NCBI GenBank assembly: GCA_963850305.1
Contig: CAWKKR010000007.1
Span: 320,001 to 384,000, forward strand
Direction of reading: 5' to 3'
Origin: an uncultured delta proteobacterium
GTDB lineage: Bacteria; Myxococcota_A; Polyangia; Polyangiales; Polyangiaceae
Length of the DNA stretch: 64,000 nt
Below the pieces are notes generated by a model. That model ran no database searches, was not told where the DNA came from, and saw only the letters and a list, made by a program, of their open reading frames with translations. Positions 50,803-60,217 of this stretch are shown in pieces. The position numbers were made by a program, and so were the translations under genes. The first letter of the stretch is position 1, and each line of letters begins with the position of its first letter.

Positions 50803-51067
50803 GGTACACGCGGCACCCGAGCGGCCGGCTCAGTAGTTCCGCATCGACGAGCAGCGTCGTCCCCGAGGGATCAAAGAGGTACGGAACTACGCGAGCGGAG
50901 CGAGCCCGCCGAAGGCAGCGGGGGAGCGGGCGCGGAGCGAGCCGCGGGGGCAAGGCCCCCTTTCCTAGTAGATCGAGCAACGGCTGTGCTCGCCCGAGAG
51001 ACCGGCATGCGCCGCCCGAGTGCCGGAGCACCATGACGCGCTTTTCCCGACGGGCGACCGCGAACGC
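50803..51067 (-). pseudogene. Decayed partial duplicate of the adjacent YkgJ gene, split by an insertion
   Basis: 50803-50836 aligns to 50293-50327, and 50967-51067 aligns to 50323-50422, including a 35-nt identical run (51009-51043 = 50364-50398). Confidence 0.9.
50832..50971. mobile_element. Small non-autonomous REP/MITE-like element
   Basis: AGTAG duplicated at 50832-50836 and 50967-50971 (single copy in the intact gene); inverted repeat GTAGTTCCG / CGGAACTAC; direct repeat GCGGAGCGAGCC x2; hairpin GGGGGC-AAG-GCCCCC. Confidence 0.75.
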
Positions 51068-51168
51068 ATGTGGAAGGGAGCTCCTTCGACGGTTTCGGAG
51101 AAGTCGGTGGGTGCTGCCCTGGTCGTCGCAGTGAAGAGCAGGTATGGTGAACGTCTCGCGTTCGCACC

Positions 51169-52284
51169 ATGTCCCTCAAGATCGATCAGGATCACTCGCG
51201 GTTCCGGAACATCGTTCGAGGGAAGATTCGCCAGAATTTGCGGCGGTACATCTCGCAGGGCGAGATGATCGGCCGGAAGGGCCGGGATCTCGTCTCGATT
51301 CCCGTGCCGCAGATCGACATCCCGCGATTCGTCTATGGCCAGAAGCAGCGCGGTGGCGTGGGCGAGGGCGAGGGACAGCCGGGCGACCCCGTCGGCGGTC
51401 AGGACGGCGAGGATGCGCAGAGCGGCCCGGGCAAGGCCGGCGAGGGCGCGGGGGAGCACGTTCTGGAGGTCGACATCACCCTCGATGAGCTCGCGGACAT
51501 CCTGGGCGAGGAGCTCGAGCTGCCGGCGATCGAGAACAAGGGCCGCAATCGGATCCAGAGCGCGAAGGATCGATACACCGGGATTCGCCGCGCCGGACCC
51601 GAGTCCCTCCGGCACTTCAAGCGCACCTATCGCGAGGCCCTGAAGCGCGCCATCGCCGCCGGCGCCTACGATGCGAAAAACCCCATCATCGTCCCCGAGC
51701 ACGAGGACAAGCGCTACCGCTCGTGGAAAGAGAACACGGAGCCCGTCGCGAACGCCGTCATCATTTACATGATGGACGTCTCGGGCTCGATGGGTGACGA
51801 ACAGAAGGAGATCGTGCGCATCGAGAGCTTCTGGATCGACACGTGGCTCCGCCGCCACTACCAGGGCCTCGAGAGCCGCTACATCATCCACGACGCGGTT
51901 GCGCGCGAGGTCGATCGCGATACCTTCTTTCACACGCGCGAGTCGGGCGGCACCATGATCTCGAGCGCGTACAAGCTTGCCGCGCAGCTCATGGATGATC
52001 ACTACTCGTCCGAGGAGTGGAACATCTACCCGTTCCATTTCTCGGACGGTGACAACTGGAGCATGGACGACACGTTGGCGTGCATGGAGCTCCTCCGGAA
52101 GGGCATCCTGCCGCGCGTGAACATGTTCGCGTACGGGCAGGTCGAGAGCCCCTACGGTTCGGGTCAGTTCATCAAGGACCTTCGCGAGCACTTCGGAAAA
52201 GACGAGAGCGTCGTCACCAGCGAGATCCGTGACAAGGACGGCGTGGTCGGCAGTATCAAGGAATTCCTCGGGAAGGGGCGGTGA
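51169..52284 (+). CDS. DUF444 (YeaH/YhbH) vWA-domain protein
   Basis: [29 protein letters not shown] and [13 protein letters not shown]. Confidence 0.93.
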   Translation: MSLKIDQDHSRFRNIVRGKIRQNLRRYISQGEMIGRKGRDLVSIPVPQIDIPRFVYGQKQRGGVGEGEGQPGDPVGGQDGEDAQSGPGKAGEGAGEHVLEVDITLDELADILGEELELPAIENKGRNRIQSAKDRYTGIRRAGPESLRHFKRTYREALKRAIAAGAYDAKNPIIVPEHEDKRYRSWKENTEPVANAVIIYMMDVSGSMGDEQKEIVRIESFWIDTWLRRHYQGLESRYIIHDAVAREVDRDTFFHTRESGGTMISSAYKLAAQLMDDHYSSEEWNIYPFHFSDGDNWSMDDTLACMELLRKGILPRVNMFAYGQVESPYGSGQFIKDLREHFGKDESVVTSEIRDKDGVVGSIKEFLGKGR

Positions 52285-52291
52285 TCCGAGG

Positions 52292-53857
52292 ATGCCTTCC
52301 TTCGCAGCCTCGTCGCGCATCCCTCGGTATCTCCGGGTGGAGCAGGAGAAGATCGAACGGATCGCGGCCGAGTGCGGCCTCGACTTCCTGCCCGTCGTCT
52401 TCGAGATGGTCACGTACGACCAGATGAACGAAATCGCGGCCTACGGCGGCTTTCCGAACCGATATCCGCACTGGCGGTTCGGCATGGAATACGAGCGCCT
52501 GGCGAAGAGCTCCGAGTATGGGCTCTCGAAGATCTACGAGCTCGTGATCAACAACAACCCCTCGGTCGCGTATCTGCTCGAGGGAAATAGTCTCACCGAC
52601 CAGAAGCTCGTGATGTGTCACGTCCTCGGTCACGTCGACTTCTTCAAGAACAACTTCATGTTCCGTTCGACGGATCTCGACGCGACCGGCAAGATCGTGA
52701 ACCCGTCGCGGCCGGGGGGCTTCGACTACGACCCGAACCGGAAATGGATCGACAAGATGGCGAACCACGGCGCCATCGTGCGGCGTCTGGTCGATCGCCA
52801 CGGGATCGAGAAGATCGAGGCATTCGTCGACCACTGTCTGTCCGTCGAGAACCTGATCGATCCCTGGGCGCCGTTCGTCGTCCGCACCCGGCCCGAGCCG
52901 GAGGAGGAGGACGCCCCGGCGCCAGTGGAAGTTCCGCGGCTCCGCGCCAAGGAATACATGGAGAGCTTCATCAACCCCGAGGAGTATCTCGAGGAGCAGA
53001 AGAAGAAGCTCGAAGCGAGCCGCGAGCGGACGAAGGGGAAATTCCCGAAAGAATCGGTACAGGACATCCTGTCGTTCCTCGTCGAGCACGCGCCGCTGGA
53101 GCGGTGGGAACGGCAGATCCTCGAGGTCGTTCGCGAGGAGGCGTACTACTTCCTGCCACAGATCCAGACGAAGATCATGAACGAGGGCTGGGCGAGCTAC
53201 TGGCACTCCCGGTTGATGACGGAGAAGGTCTGCGATGCGAGCGAGATCCTCGACTACGCGGACAACAATGCCGCGGTCATGGCGACCAGCCCCGGCAATC
53301 TGAATCCGTACAAGCTCGGGGTCGAGCTGTTCCGGGACGTCGAGGAGCGCTGGGACAAGGGCCAGTTCGGTCGGGAGTGGGAAGACTGCGACGATCTCGA
53401 GGTGAAAAAACACTGGGATTTGCGCCTCGGCCTCGGCAAGAAGAAGCTCTTCGAGGTGCGCGCGCTCTACAACGACGTCACGTTCATCGACGAGTTTCTG
53501 ACGCCGGAGTTCGCGATACGCCACAAGCTCTTCACGTTCGAGTGGTCCAATCGTGCGGACCGCTTCGAGGTCGAGTCGCGCGAGTTCCGGAAGGTGAAGG
53601 ACAAGCTGCTCTTCCAGCTCACGAATCGCGGCAATCCCTACGTGCTCGTGGAAGACGCGAACTACCAGAACCGCGGCGAGCTCCTCCTGCACCATCAGCA
53701 CCAGGGCGTCGATCTCCGGGCGGACTACGCACGCGAGACGCTCGCCGCGCTCGTGCGCGTCTGGAAACGCCCTGTTTGTCTCGAGACGCTCGTCGACGGC
53801 AAGAAGACGAATCTCCGCTTCGACGGACGGGAGCACACCTCGAAGCAGGACTCGTGA
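52292..53857 (+). CDS. spoVR: SpoVR/YcgB family protein
   Basis: PNRYPHWRFG, IYELVINNNP, HVLGHVDFFKNN, TKIMNEGWASYWH and NPYKLG. Confidence 0.95.
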   Translation: MPSFAASSRIPRYLRVEQEKIERIAAECGLDFLPVVFEMVTYDQMNEIAAYGGFPNRYPHWRFGMEYERLAKSSEYGLSKIYELVINNNPSVAYLLEGNSLTDQKLVMCHVLGHVDFFKNNFMFRSTDLDATGKIVNPSRPGGFDYDPNRKWIDKMANHGAIVRRLVDRHGIEKIEAFVDHCLSVENLIDPWAPFVVRTRPEPEEEDAPAPVEVPRLRAKEYMESFINPEEYLEEQKKKLEASRERTKGKFPKESVQDILSFLVEHAPLERWERQILEVVREEAYYFLPQIQTKIMNEGWASYWHSRLMTEKVCDASEILDYADNNAAVMATSPGNLNPYKLGVELFRDVEERWDKGQFGREWEDCDDLEVKKHWDLRLGLGKKKLFEVRALYNDVTFIDEFLTPEFAIRHKLFTFEWSNRADRFEVESREFRKVKDKLLFQLTNRGNPYVLVEDANYQNRGELLLHHQHQGVDLRADYARETLAALVRVWKRPVCLETLVDGKKTNLRFDGREHTSKQDS

Positions 53858-54937
53858 GATTCGGGAGCTTTGTCGTTGCGGCCGTGGGCCCTCGGCGCGC
53901 TCGCGCTGCCGGCCAATGCTTCGGAAGGGTCCGGAAGCGCGAGCACGACGCCCGCGCCGTCCGTGAGAGCTGCGACGGGGACCCTGGTTCCCGGCGGCCT
54001 CGCGCGCGGCACGGACGACCCTGCTGACCGCGAGCTCCTGCTCGGCGACCACGCGTATCGCGCCGCCGATTTCGCAAAAGCGAAGGAGCACTATCAGCGC
54101 GCCGCGACCCTGGCGCCGCAGGACGTCGCGGGTCCAATAGGTCTCGTGCGCGTCCGATTCGCGAGCGGAGGAGTCCCGACGGACTACGGCGCGGCTCCAA
54201 AGGACCCCAGGGTCCGCGCTCTCCTCGCGGAGGTGGCCCGTTGCCTCCGCCGCGACCCGAATTACGGCCCTGCGTACGTCGAGCGGGGTCGTTTGCTCCT
54301 CGTCCAGGGCAAGCCCGACGACGCGCTCGCGGCTCTCGAACGAGGTGCGGCTCTCGCCGCGGACGATCCCGAAGCGCAATCGGCGCTAGGCGTCGCGCTC
54401 CTCGCGACCGGCAAGGCCGAGGAGGCTCTCGAGCGACTGAAGCGCGCCGCGGAGCTCGACCCGGACGATGCGGAGCGGCTCACCAATCTCGGCACGGCGC
54501 AGATGATGCGCGGACAGGTGGACGCGGCGATCGTCTCTTACCGTCGCGCCGTCGAGCTCGAGCCGAACGAGCCCCGCGCCGCGGGCGATCTCGGCACCGC
54601 GTACCTCGCGGCAAACCGCGCCGCCGATGCGAAGCCGTATCTCGAGCGCGCCGTGGCGCTCGCGCCGGACCGCGCCACGTTCCTCTCGAACCTCGGGTAC
54701 GCCGAGCACCAGCTCGGGGACATCCCGGGCGCGATCGCGACGTTGAACCGCGCGACCGAAAAGGATCCGAAGCTCGGTTCCGCCTGGATCAACCTCGGCA
54801 ACGCGCTCGTGGATCAAGGCAAGCTCGACGACGCCGAGCGGGTGTTCAAGAAAGCCGCCGCCCTCGACCCGACCGATCCCAGGCCCAAGGCGAGTCTCGG
54901 CGACCTGGCGGAGCTCCGGAAGAAGTCAGCGAAGTGA
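53854..54937 (+). CDS. TPR-repeat protein, with a probable +1 frameshift in the signal-peptide region (~53887)
   Basis: About 7 TPRs. A GTG coupled to the spoVR stop gives VRFGSFVVAAV, which continues as ALGALALPA in the +1 frame (the ORF track starts at 53870). Confidence 0.8.
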
Positions 54938-54985
54938 GCTGGTCCGGCGGAGCGTTCACCTCTCACGCGGACTGAAGCATCGTCC

Positions 54986-55828
54986 CTAGCGGCCGTCGCG
55001 CTTCGGCGGCATCACCGTCGCGATCATCTCGTGAAGGTCGTCGAACTTCTCGTGAAGGTGCGCGATCTCGAGCTCCGCCTTCAGGTTGACGCGGTATTCG
55101 ACGTCGTTCCTTACGCGGTCGCGCGCAACCTGCCGGTTCTGGCTCAGGAGCACGAAGACCGACAGGATGATCGCTTCGAGCGAGACGACCATGGTCAGGA
55201 GCCCGAACGGAAACGGGTCGAAGCCGCCGATGACGGTCCTTCCCAGCGGACCGACGTTCAAGACGATCCACACGAAGAAGATCACGCAATGAATGAAGAG
55301 GAACGGCAGGCTCCCGCTGAACTCGGAGATCCAGTCCGCGACCTTCATCACCCGGGTCCGGCTGTCCTCGGTTTCTTCGTTGATGTCGCGCGAGGCGCTG
55401 TGGCGCAAGAGCTTGTTGGTTTCGCGGAGGCGCCGCCCCATCGCCGTGAGCAGCGACAGGCCGGCGACCGGCTGCTGCCGCAAGAACGCTTCCAGGTCTT
55501 CGCGATCGACCACGAGCGCGTCCAGATCGGCGGTGACGACCGCGGACGCCGTTCGCGGCCCCGCGTCCAGGAGCGAGATCTCGCCGAAGAAATCGCCGGG
55601 ATGCGCGGTGTCGAGCAGGATCCGATTGCCGGTATCGTTCTTGAAGAAGATCTCCACCTCGCCCGACCGCACGATGTAGAGGGAGTCCCCCGCATCGCCG
55701 CGCGCGAAGAGCGTGGTGCCCTTGGCGCTCGTGATCCGCTCCACGCGCGCGCCGAGCGCTCGCCTCGCGTCCTCGTCGAGCAACGCAAACAGGGGGACGT
55801 CAGCGAGAAGCTCGGCGTTCGTGGCCAT
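54986..55828 (-). CDS. cNMP-binding domain fused to a DUF1003 membrane domain
   Basis: GDSLYIVRSGEV and GDFFGEISLLDAGPRTA; FDPFPFGLL...SLEAIILSVFVLLSQNRQ. Confidence 0.92.
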   Translation of the reverse strand: MATNAELLADVPLFALLDEDARRALGARVERITSAKGTTLFARGDAGDSLYIVRSGEVEIFFKNDTGNRILLDTAHPGDFFGEISLLDAGPRTASAVVTADLDALVVDREDLEAFLRQQPVAGLSLLTAMGRRLRETNKLLRHSASRDINEETEDSRTRVMKVADWISEFSGSLPFLFIHCVIFFVWIVLNVGPLGRTVIGGFDPFPFGLLTMVVSLEAIILSVFVLLSQNRQVARDRVRNDVEYRVNLKAELEIAHLHEKFDDLHEMIATVMPPKRDGR

Positions 55829-55904
55829 CCGGGTGGCCAATATGCCACGCCGCAGGAGCCGGAACCGAGTTTCCTGCTGTCCCATGGGGCAATCGACGCA
55901 TGGC

Positions 55905-55950
55905 TTGACCGTCGCCCGGTTCGGGAAGATAGTTAGCATGCTAAACATAT
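55905..55950 (+). promoter_or_regulatory. Promoter with an overlapping MarR-type operator palindrome
   Basis: TTGACC (55905-55910), 17-nt spacer, GATAGT (55928-55933); perfect palindrome TTAGCATGCTAA (55933-55944) in an AT-rich patch just upstream of the MarR gene. Confidence 0.75.
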
Positions 55951-55967
55951 CCTCACGAAATACCTTC

Positions 55968-56471
55968 ATGCCCCCGAAAGCGGTTGCCGAACGCAAGCGA
56001 ACCCCGGACCTCGACGCCATTCTCGAAGCGATGGTCTATCTGTATTCGGAATCCCGCCGCGTGACGCGCACGGTCGCCGAAGGGTACGGACTGACCGGCT
56101 CGCAGCTCCTCGCGCTGAAGATGATTGGCCCGCGGGGTCGCATCTCGCTCTCGGAGCTGTCGGGCCGCATTCGCGCGAAGAACAGCACGGTCACCGGCAT
56201 CGTCGACCGCATGGAACGGGACGGCCTGGTGGTCCGGAAGCGCTCGGACGACGATCGGCGCGTCGTGAACCTGGAGCTCACCTCGAAGGGACGGAAGCTC
56301 GCGGACCGAGGCGCGACCGTGGACCCGATGGACCTGTTTCGCACGTTGCTCGAGGAGCTGTCCACACGTGACGCCGCCGATCTCGAGCGCGTCATGATCA
56401 AGCTCGCGAGCCGGGCCCGCGAGCTTCTGGCATCGAAGGGGATCACGGACCAGAAACCGATGGAGGAATGA
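55968..56471 (+). CDS. MarR family transcriptional regulator
   Basis: GLTGSQ, STVTGIVDRMERDGLV and DDRRVVNLELTSKG. Confidence 0.95.
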   Translation: MPPKAVAERKRTPDLDAILEAMVYLYSESRRVTRTVAEGYGLTGSQLLALKMIGPRGRISLSELSGRIRAKNSTVTGIVDRMERDGLVVRKRSDDDRRVVNLELTSKGRKLADRGATVDPMDLFRTLLEELSTRDAADLERVMIKLASRARELLASKGITDQKPMEE

Positions 56472-57352
56472 ACATGCCCGACAGCGTTCACCGAGACCCG
56501 GATCTGTGCGTCATCACGTGCGCCGTCACCGGCGTGCTCGCGAACCGGAAGCAGAGCCCCGGGATCCCGTACTCGCCTGCCGAGATCGGGGAAGAGTGTC
56601 GCCGGGCGCACGAGGCCGGCGCAGCCGTCGCCCACATCCACGCGCGCGAGGACGACGGGACGCCTACGGCGTCGCCGGAAGTGTTCGCGCGCATCGCCGA
56701 AGAGGTCCGGAAACGCAGCCACATTCTCCTCAACTTCTCGACCGGGACGATCGCGAGCGACGTGACGGAGCAGTGCACGTACATCCGGAACGTGAAGCCG
56801 CAGATCGCGGCGATGAACTCCGGGACCATGAACTACGCGAAATACAGCGCGAAGCAGAAGAACATGGTCTTCGACATGGTGTTCCCGAACACTTACGAGA
56901 AGATGATCCAGATGCTCACCGCGATGAACGACGCGGGGGTGAATCCGGAGCTCGAGTGTTTCGATTCGGGGCATACGCACGGGCTCTGGCCGCTCATCGA
57001 CATGGGTATTCTGAAGCCGCCCTTCCAGTATTCGTTCATCATGAACGTGCTCGGCGGCATTCCGCCGACGGTCGAGTCTTTGCAGCTCCAGGCCAAGATC
57101 CGCGTCCCGGACACGGAGTGGGAGGTCATCGGCATCTCGCACTGTCACTGGCGCATGCTCGCGACGGCCCTCGTACTCGGCGGCAACATCCGGACGGGTC
57201 TCGAAGATCATCTCTATCTGCCCGGCGGACAGATGGCGAAATCCAACGGCGAGATGGTGGAAGTGGCCGCGCGCCTCTGCCGAGACATCGGTCGACGGCC
57301 GGCGAGCGTCGATGAGGCGCGGAAGATCTTGAAGCTCAGGAACACGACATGA
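56468..57352 (+). CDS. BKACE / DUF849 beta-keto acid cleavage enzyme family protein
   Basis: VITCAVTG, AHIHAR (Zn His pair), PELECFD and GNIRTGLED. Confidence 0.92.
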   Translation: MNMPDSVHRDPDLCVITCAVTGVLANRKQSPGIPYSPAEIGEECRRAHEAGAAVAHIHAREDDGTPTASPEVFARIAEEVRKRSHILLNFSTGTIASDVTEQCTYIRNVKPQIAAMNSGTMNYAKYSAKQKNMVFDMVFPNTYEKMIQMLTAMNDAGVNPELECFDSGHTHGLWPLIDMGILKPPFQYSFIMNVLGGIPPTVESLQLQAKIRVPDTEWEVIGISHCHWRMLATALVLGGNIRTGLEDHLYLPGGQMAKSNGEMVEVAARLCRDIGRRPASVDEARKILKLRNTT

Positions 57353-58137
57353 CTCCCGGGCGCGAGTACGAGACCATCCTCGTCGCGGCGGCCGACGGTG
57401 TCTCGACGATCACGCTGAATCGTCCGGATCGGCGGAACGCAATCGGTCCGGCGATGGTCAACGAGCTGCTCTGGGCGCTCGAGGACGCGACGAACGACGA
57501 CGCCGTGCGGACGATTGTCGTCACCGGCGCGGGCAAGGCGTTCTGCGCAGGCGGAGACTTCGCGCAGATGACCGCCGGCGCGGAGGGCCCGAAGCTGCCG
57601 CCCCGGGGCGACTACAAGGACCTGCTCCTTGCGCTCGTCCGCTCGACGAAACCCGTCGTCGCGCGTGTGAACGGCCACGCGATGGGCGGCGGACTCGGCC
57701 TCGTCGCCGCGAGCACCTTCGCCGTGGCGTCGACGGAAGCGAAGCTCGGCACGCCGGAGATCGACGTCGGGCTCTTTCCGTTCATGGTTTACGCCGTGCT
57801 CGAACGGGTCATGAACCGGCGTGCCCTAGTCGAGATGGTGCTCTCCGGCAGCAAGCTGTCCGCGGAAGACGCGGCACGCGCCGGGCTCGTCAATCGCGCC
57901 GTCGCCCCGGACGCGCTGGACTCGGCCGTCGCGACTTACGCCGCGACGATCGCGTCGAAGAGTCCAAGCACCGTGCGCCTCGGCCTGGAAACCATCTGGG
58001 ACGTGGACGAGCTAGGCCTGGCGGAGAAGCTCGGCGTGCTCTCCTCCCGGCTGACCCGGTGTCTCGGGACGGACGACGCAAGAGAAGGGCTGCTCGCCTT
58101 TCTCGAGAAACGACAACCCAGGTGGACCGGCACGTAA
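57349..58137 (+). CDS. Enoyl-CoA hydratase/crotonase family protein
   Basis: LNRPDRRNA, AFCAGGD, VNGHAMGGGLGL and PEIDVG. Confidence 0.92.
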   Translation: MTPGREYETILVAAADGVSTITLNRPDRRNAIGPAMVNELLWALEDATNDDAVRTIVVTGAGKAFCAGGDFAQMTAGAEGPKLPPRGDYKDLLLALVRSTKPVVARVNGHAMGGGLGLVAASTFAVASTEAKLGTPEIDVGLFPFMVYAVLERVMNRRALVEMVLSGSKLSAEDAARAGLVNRAVAPDALDSAVATYAATIASKSPSTVRLGLETIWDVDELGLAEKLGVLSSRLTRCLGTDDAREGLLAFLEKRQPRWTGT

Positions 58138-58170
58138 TCGGCGGACTGCGAGTACGACGGAGGGCTTCCG

Positions 58171-59733
58171 ATGGACATGAATGAGCTCGTGAAGGATCTC
58201 GAGGCGCGCCGGGCGCGCGTGCGGCTCATGGGGGGCGAAGACAAGGTCGCGCGCCAGCACGGTCGCGGCAAGTGGACGGCCCGGGAGCGTTTCGCCGCGT
58301 TCTTCGATGACGGCGTCTATTTCGAGGTCGGGATGCACGGGCGCCCGATGGGGCTCTCGTCGGGCGGCGGGGATGACGTGCCGGCGGACGCGGTCGTCTG
58401 CGGCTTCGGCAAGGTGGGCGGTCGGATGGTGTGCTCCGCGGCCTACGACTTCACGGTGAAGGGCGGCAGCATCGGTCAGGTCGGCGAAGAGAAGGTGACG
58501 CGACTGCGGTCCATGTCGCTAAAGGGACGGTGGCCCATCGTGTGGTTCATAGATTCCGCGGGCGCGCGGATCGACCCGGGGAGCGGACACATGGACCAGA
58601 TCTCCCTCTTCGCGGGCTCGGGGCACCTCTTCCGGGAGCAGGTGATCATGAGCGGCGTCGTGCCCCAAGTGGCGGCGATGGTCGGGCCCGGCGCCGCGGG
58701 TACCGCGTACATCCCGGGTCTCGCGGACTTCGTCCCGATGGTGAAGGGGGTAGGGTCGCTCGCGCTCGGCGGTCCGCCGCTCGTGAAGGCCGTGACCGGT
58801 CAGGAGATCGGCGAACAGGAGCTGGGCGGGTCGAAGGTGCACACGACCGTCAGCGGCGTCGGCGACGTCGAGGTGGAAGACGACGCCGCGTGCATCGCCC
58901 TCGTGAAGCAGTACCTGTCGTACATGCCGTCGCATTGCGAAGAAGAACCGCCCATCGTGCCCTGCGACGATTCCGTGGATCGTCGAGACGAGGCGCTCCT
59001 CACGTTACTCCCCGAGAGCACGCGGCAAGCGTACGACATGTACGCCCTCATTCGCTCGATCGTCGACGGAGGCGAGTACCTCGACGTCAAACCGAAGTTC
59101 GGGCGATCGCTAATCACGTGCTTTGCCCGGATCGGTGGGCGCGCCGTCGGCATCGTCGCGAACCAGCCGAAGCATCTCGGCGGCATCCTCGAGAACGACT
59201 CCGCCGACAAGGGCGCGCGCTTCATTCAGGTCTGCGACGCATTCAATGTCCCGCTCGTGTTCCTGCAAGATGTCCCCGGGTTCATGGTCGGCTCGAAGGT
59301 GGAGCACCAGGGCATCATCAGGCACGGGGCGAAGATGCTTCACGTGATGAGCGCCGCAACGGTGCCGAAAATCACGGTCGTCGTGCGCAAGGGCTACGGC
59401 GCGGGCTACTACGTCATGTGTGGCCGCGCGTACGAACCCGACCTGATCGTCGCGTGGCCCACTGCCGAGATCAGCGTCATGGGCGCCGAGGGCATGCTCG
59501 GCATCGCGGGGAAGAAATTGTTTGGAGGCGCCGAACCCGAGCCCGCGATGAAACAGGCGGTCATCGACTCGATCCAGAAGAGCATCGACGTCTACAAGGT
59601 GGGCGGCTGGGGTCTCGTCGACGACGTGATCGACCCACGAGATACGCGTCGTGCCATCGCGTGGGGCCTGGACCTCGCGAGCCACAAGCACGTCGAACGC
59701 CCGCACCGCAAGAGAGGCGTGATCCCGGTTTGA
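58171..59733 (+). CDS. Acyl-CoA carboxylase/decarboxylase carboxyltransferase subunit
   Basis: DFTVKGGS, DSAGARI, LGGPPLVKA, QDVPGFMVG, GIIRHGAK and DDVIDPRDTR. Confidence 0.94.
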   Translation: MDMNELVKDLEARRARVRLMGGEDKVARQHGRGKWTARERFAAFFDDGVYFEVGMHGRPMGLSSGGGDDVPADAVVCGFGKVGGRMVCSAAYDFTVKGGSIGQVGEEKVTRLRSMSLKGRWPIVWFIDSAGARIDPGSGHMDQISLFAGSGHLFREQVIMSGVVPQVAAMVGPGAAGTAYIPGLADFVPMVKGVGSLALGGPPLVKAVTGQEIGEQELGGSKVHTTVSGVGDVEVEDDAACIALVKQYLSYMPSHCEEEPPIVPCDDSVDRRDEALLTLLPESTRQAYDMYALIRSIVDGGEYLDVKPKFGRSLITCFARIGGRAVGIVANQPKHLGGILENDSADKGARFIQVCDAFNVPLVFLQDVPGFMVGSKVEHQGIIRHGAKMLHVMSAATVPKITVVVRKGYGAGYYVMCGRAYEPDLIVAWPTAEISVMGAEGMLGIAGKKLFGGAEPEPAMKQAVIDSIQKSIDVYKVGGWGLVDDVIDPRDTRRAIAWGLDLASHKHVERPHRKRGVIPV

Positions 59734-59756
59734 GCAGGCGTGCGCGCCTCAGAAGG

Positions 59757-59924
59757 GTGGCCGTACTCGTTGAGGGCGAGAGCGCCGATGATTGCGTAGG
59801 GCAGGTTCTCGGCCTCGAGGATGCGCACGAGCTTCCGAAGCGCCTTCTGGACGTCCACTTCCCCCACGAAGAACCTCCCGCAATACTCGACACTCTTCGA
59901 TAGGCGAGCGGTCTGCTCGGCCGA
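59757..59924 (-). pseudogene. N-terminal fragment of a Pol-beta-superfamily nucleotidyltransferase
   Basis: Manual translation: ...RFFVGEVDVQKALRKLVRILEAENLPYAIIGALALNEYGH. The protein-like reading breaks off just before the expected TxDxD motif. Confidence 0.6.
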
Positions 59925-60058
59925 GCACCAGCCGGTGCCCCAGGCAGACTCCGCCAGGCGCCGGAAGCGTCGACCAAATCCGAACGCCCGCTAGCCATTC
60001 CAGGAGGCTTGCCAGACGCCGCACCCGTCCGCCATCGCTCACGCATCCGCCGGCGGGA

Positions 60059-60217
60059 TTACTGTTCTGAAGATCGAGCTGGGCGACGCGATGGGCGAAA
60101 GCGCTGTGCATCGGCTTCGATGGACGCCTTCCGAGGATTCAGCGCGACCAGCACACGCTCCGCGAACCCGGCACTGAGAACGATCTTGACGGCAACGGTG
60201 GCCGTCGTCGTATTCAT
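60059..60217 (-). CDS. Possible 52-aa small protein
   Basis: ATG...TAA encoding MNTTTATVAVKIVLSAGFAERVLVALNPRKASIEADAQRFRPSRRPARSSEQ; no clear RBS. Confidence 0.3.
   Translation of the reverse strand: MNTTTATVAVKIVLSAGFAERVLVALNPRKASIEADAQRFRPSRRPARSSEQ

Noticed and set aside
50293..51067. YkgJ segment and its copy as a DGR variable/template repeat pair
   Set aside because: The differences are not adenine-specific, include synonymous G/C changes and indels, and no reverse transcriptase is in the window.
55968..59733. The Myxococcus aib (alternative isovaleryl-CoA) operon
   Set aside because: That operon has TetR-type AibR, CoA-transferase-like AibA/B, AibC and MvaS; none of these is present here.
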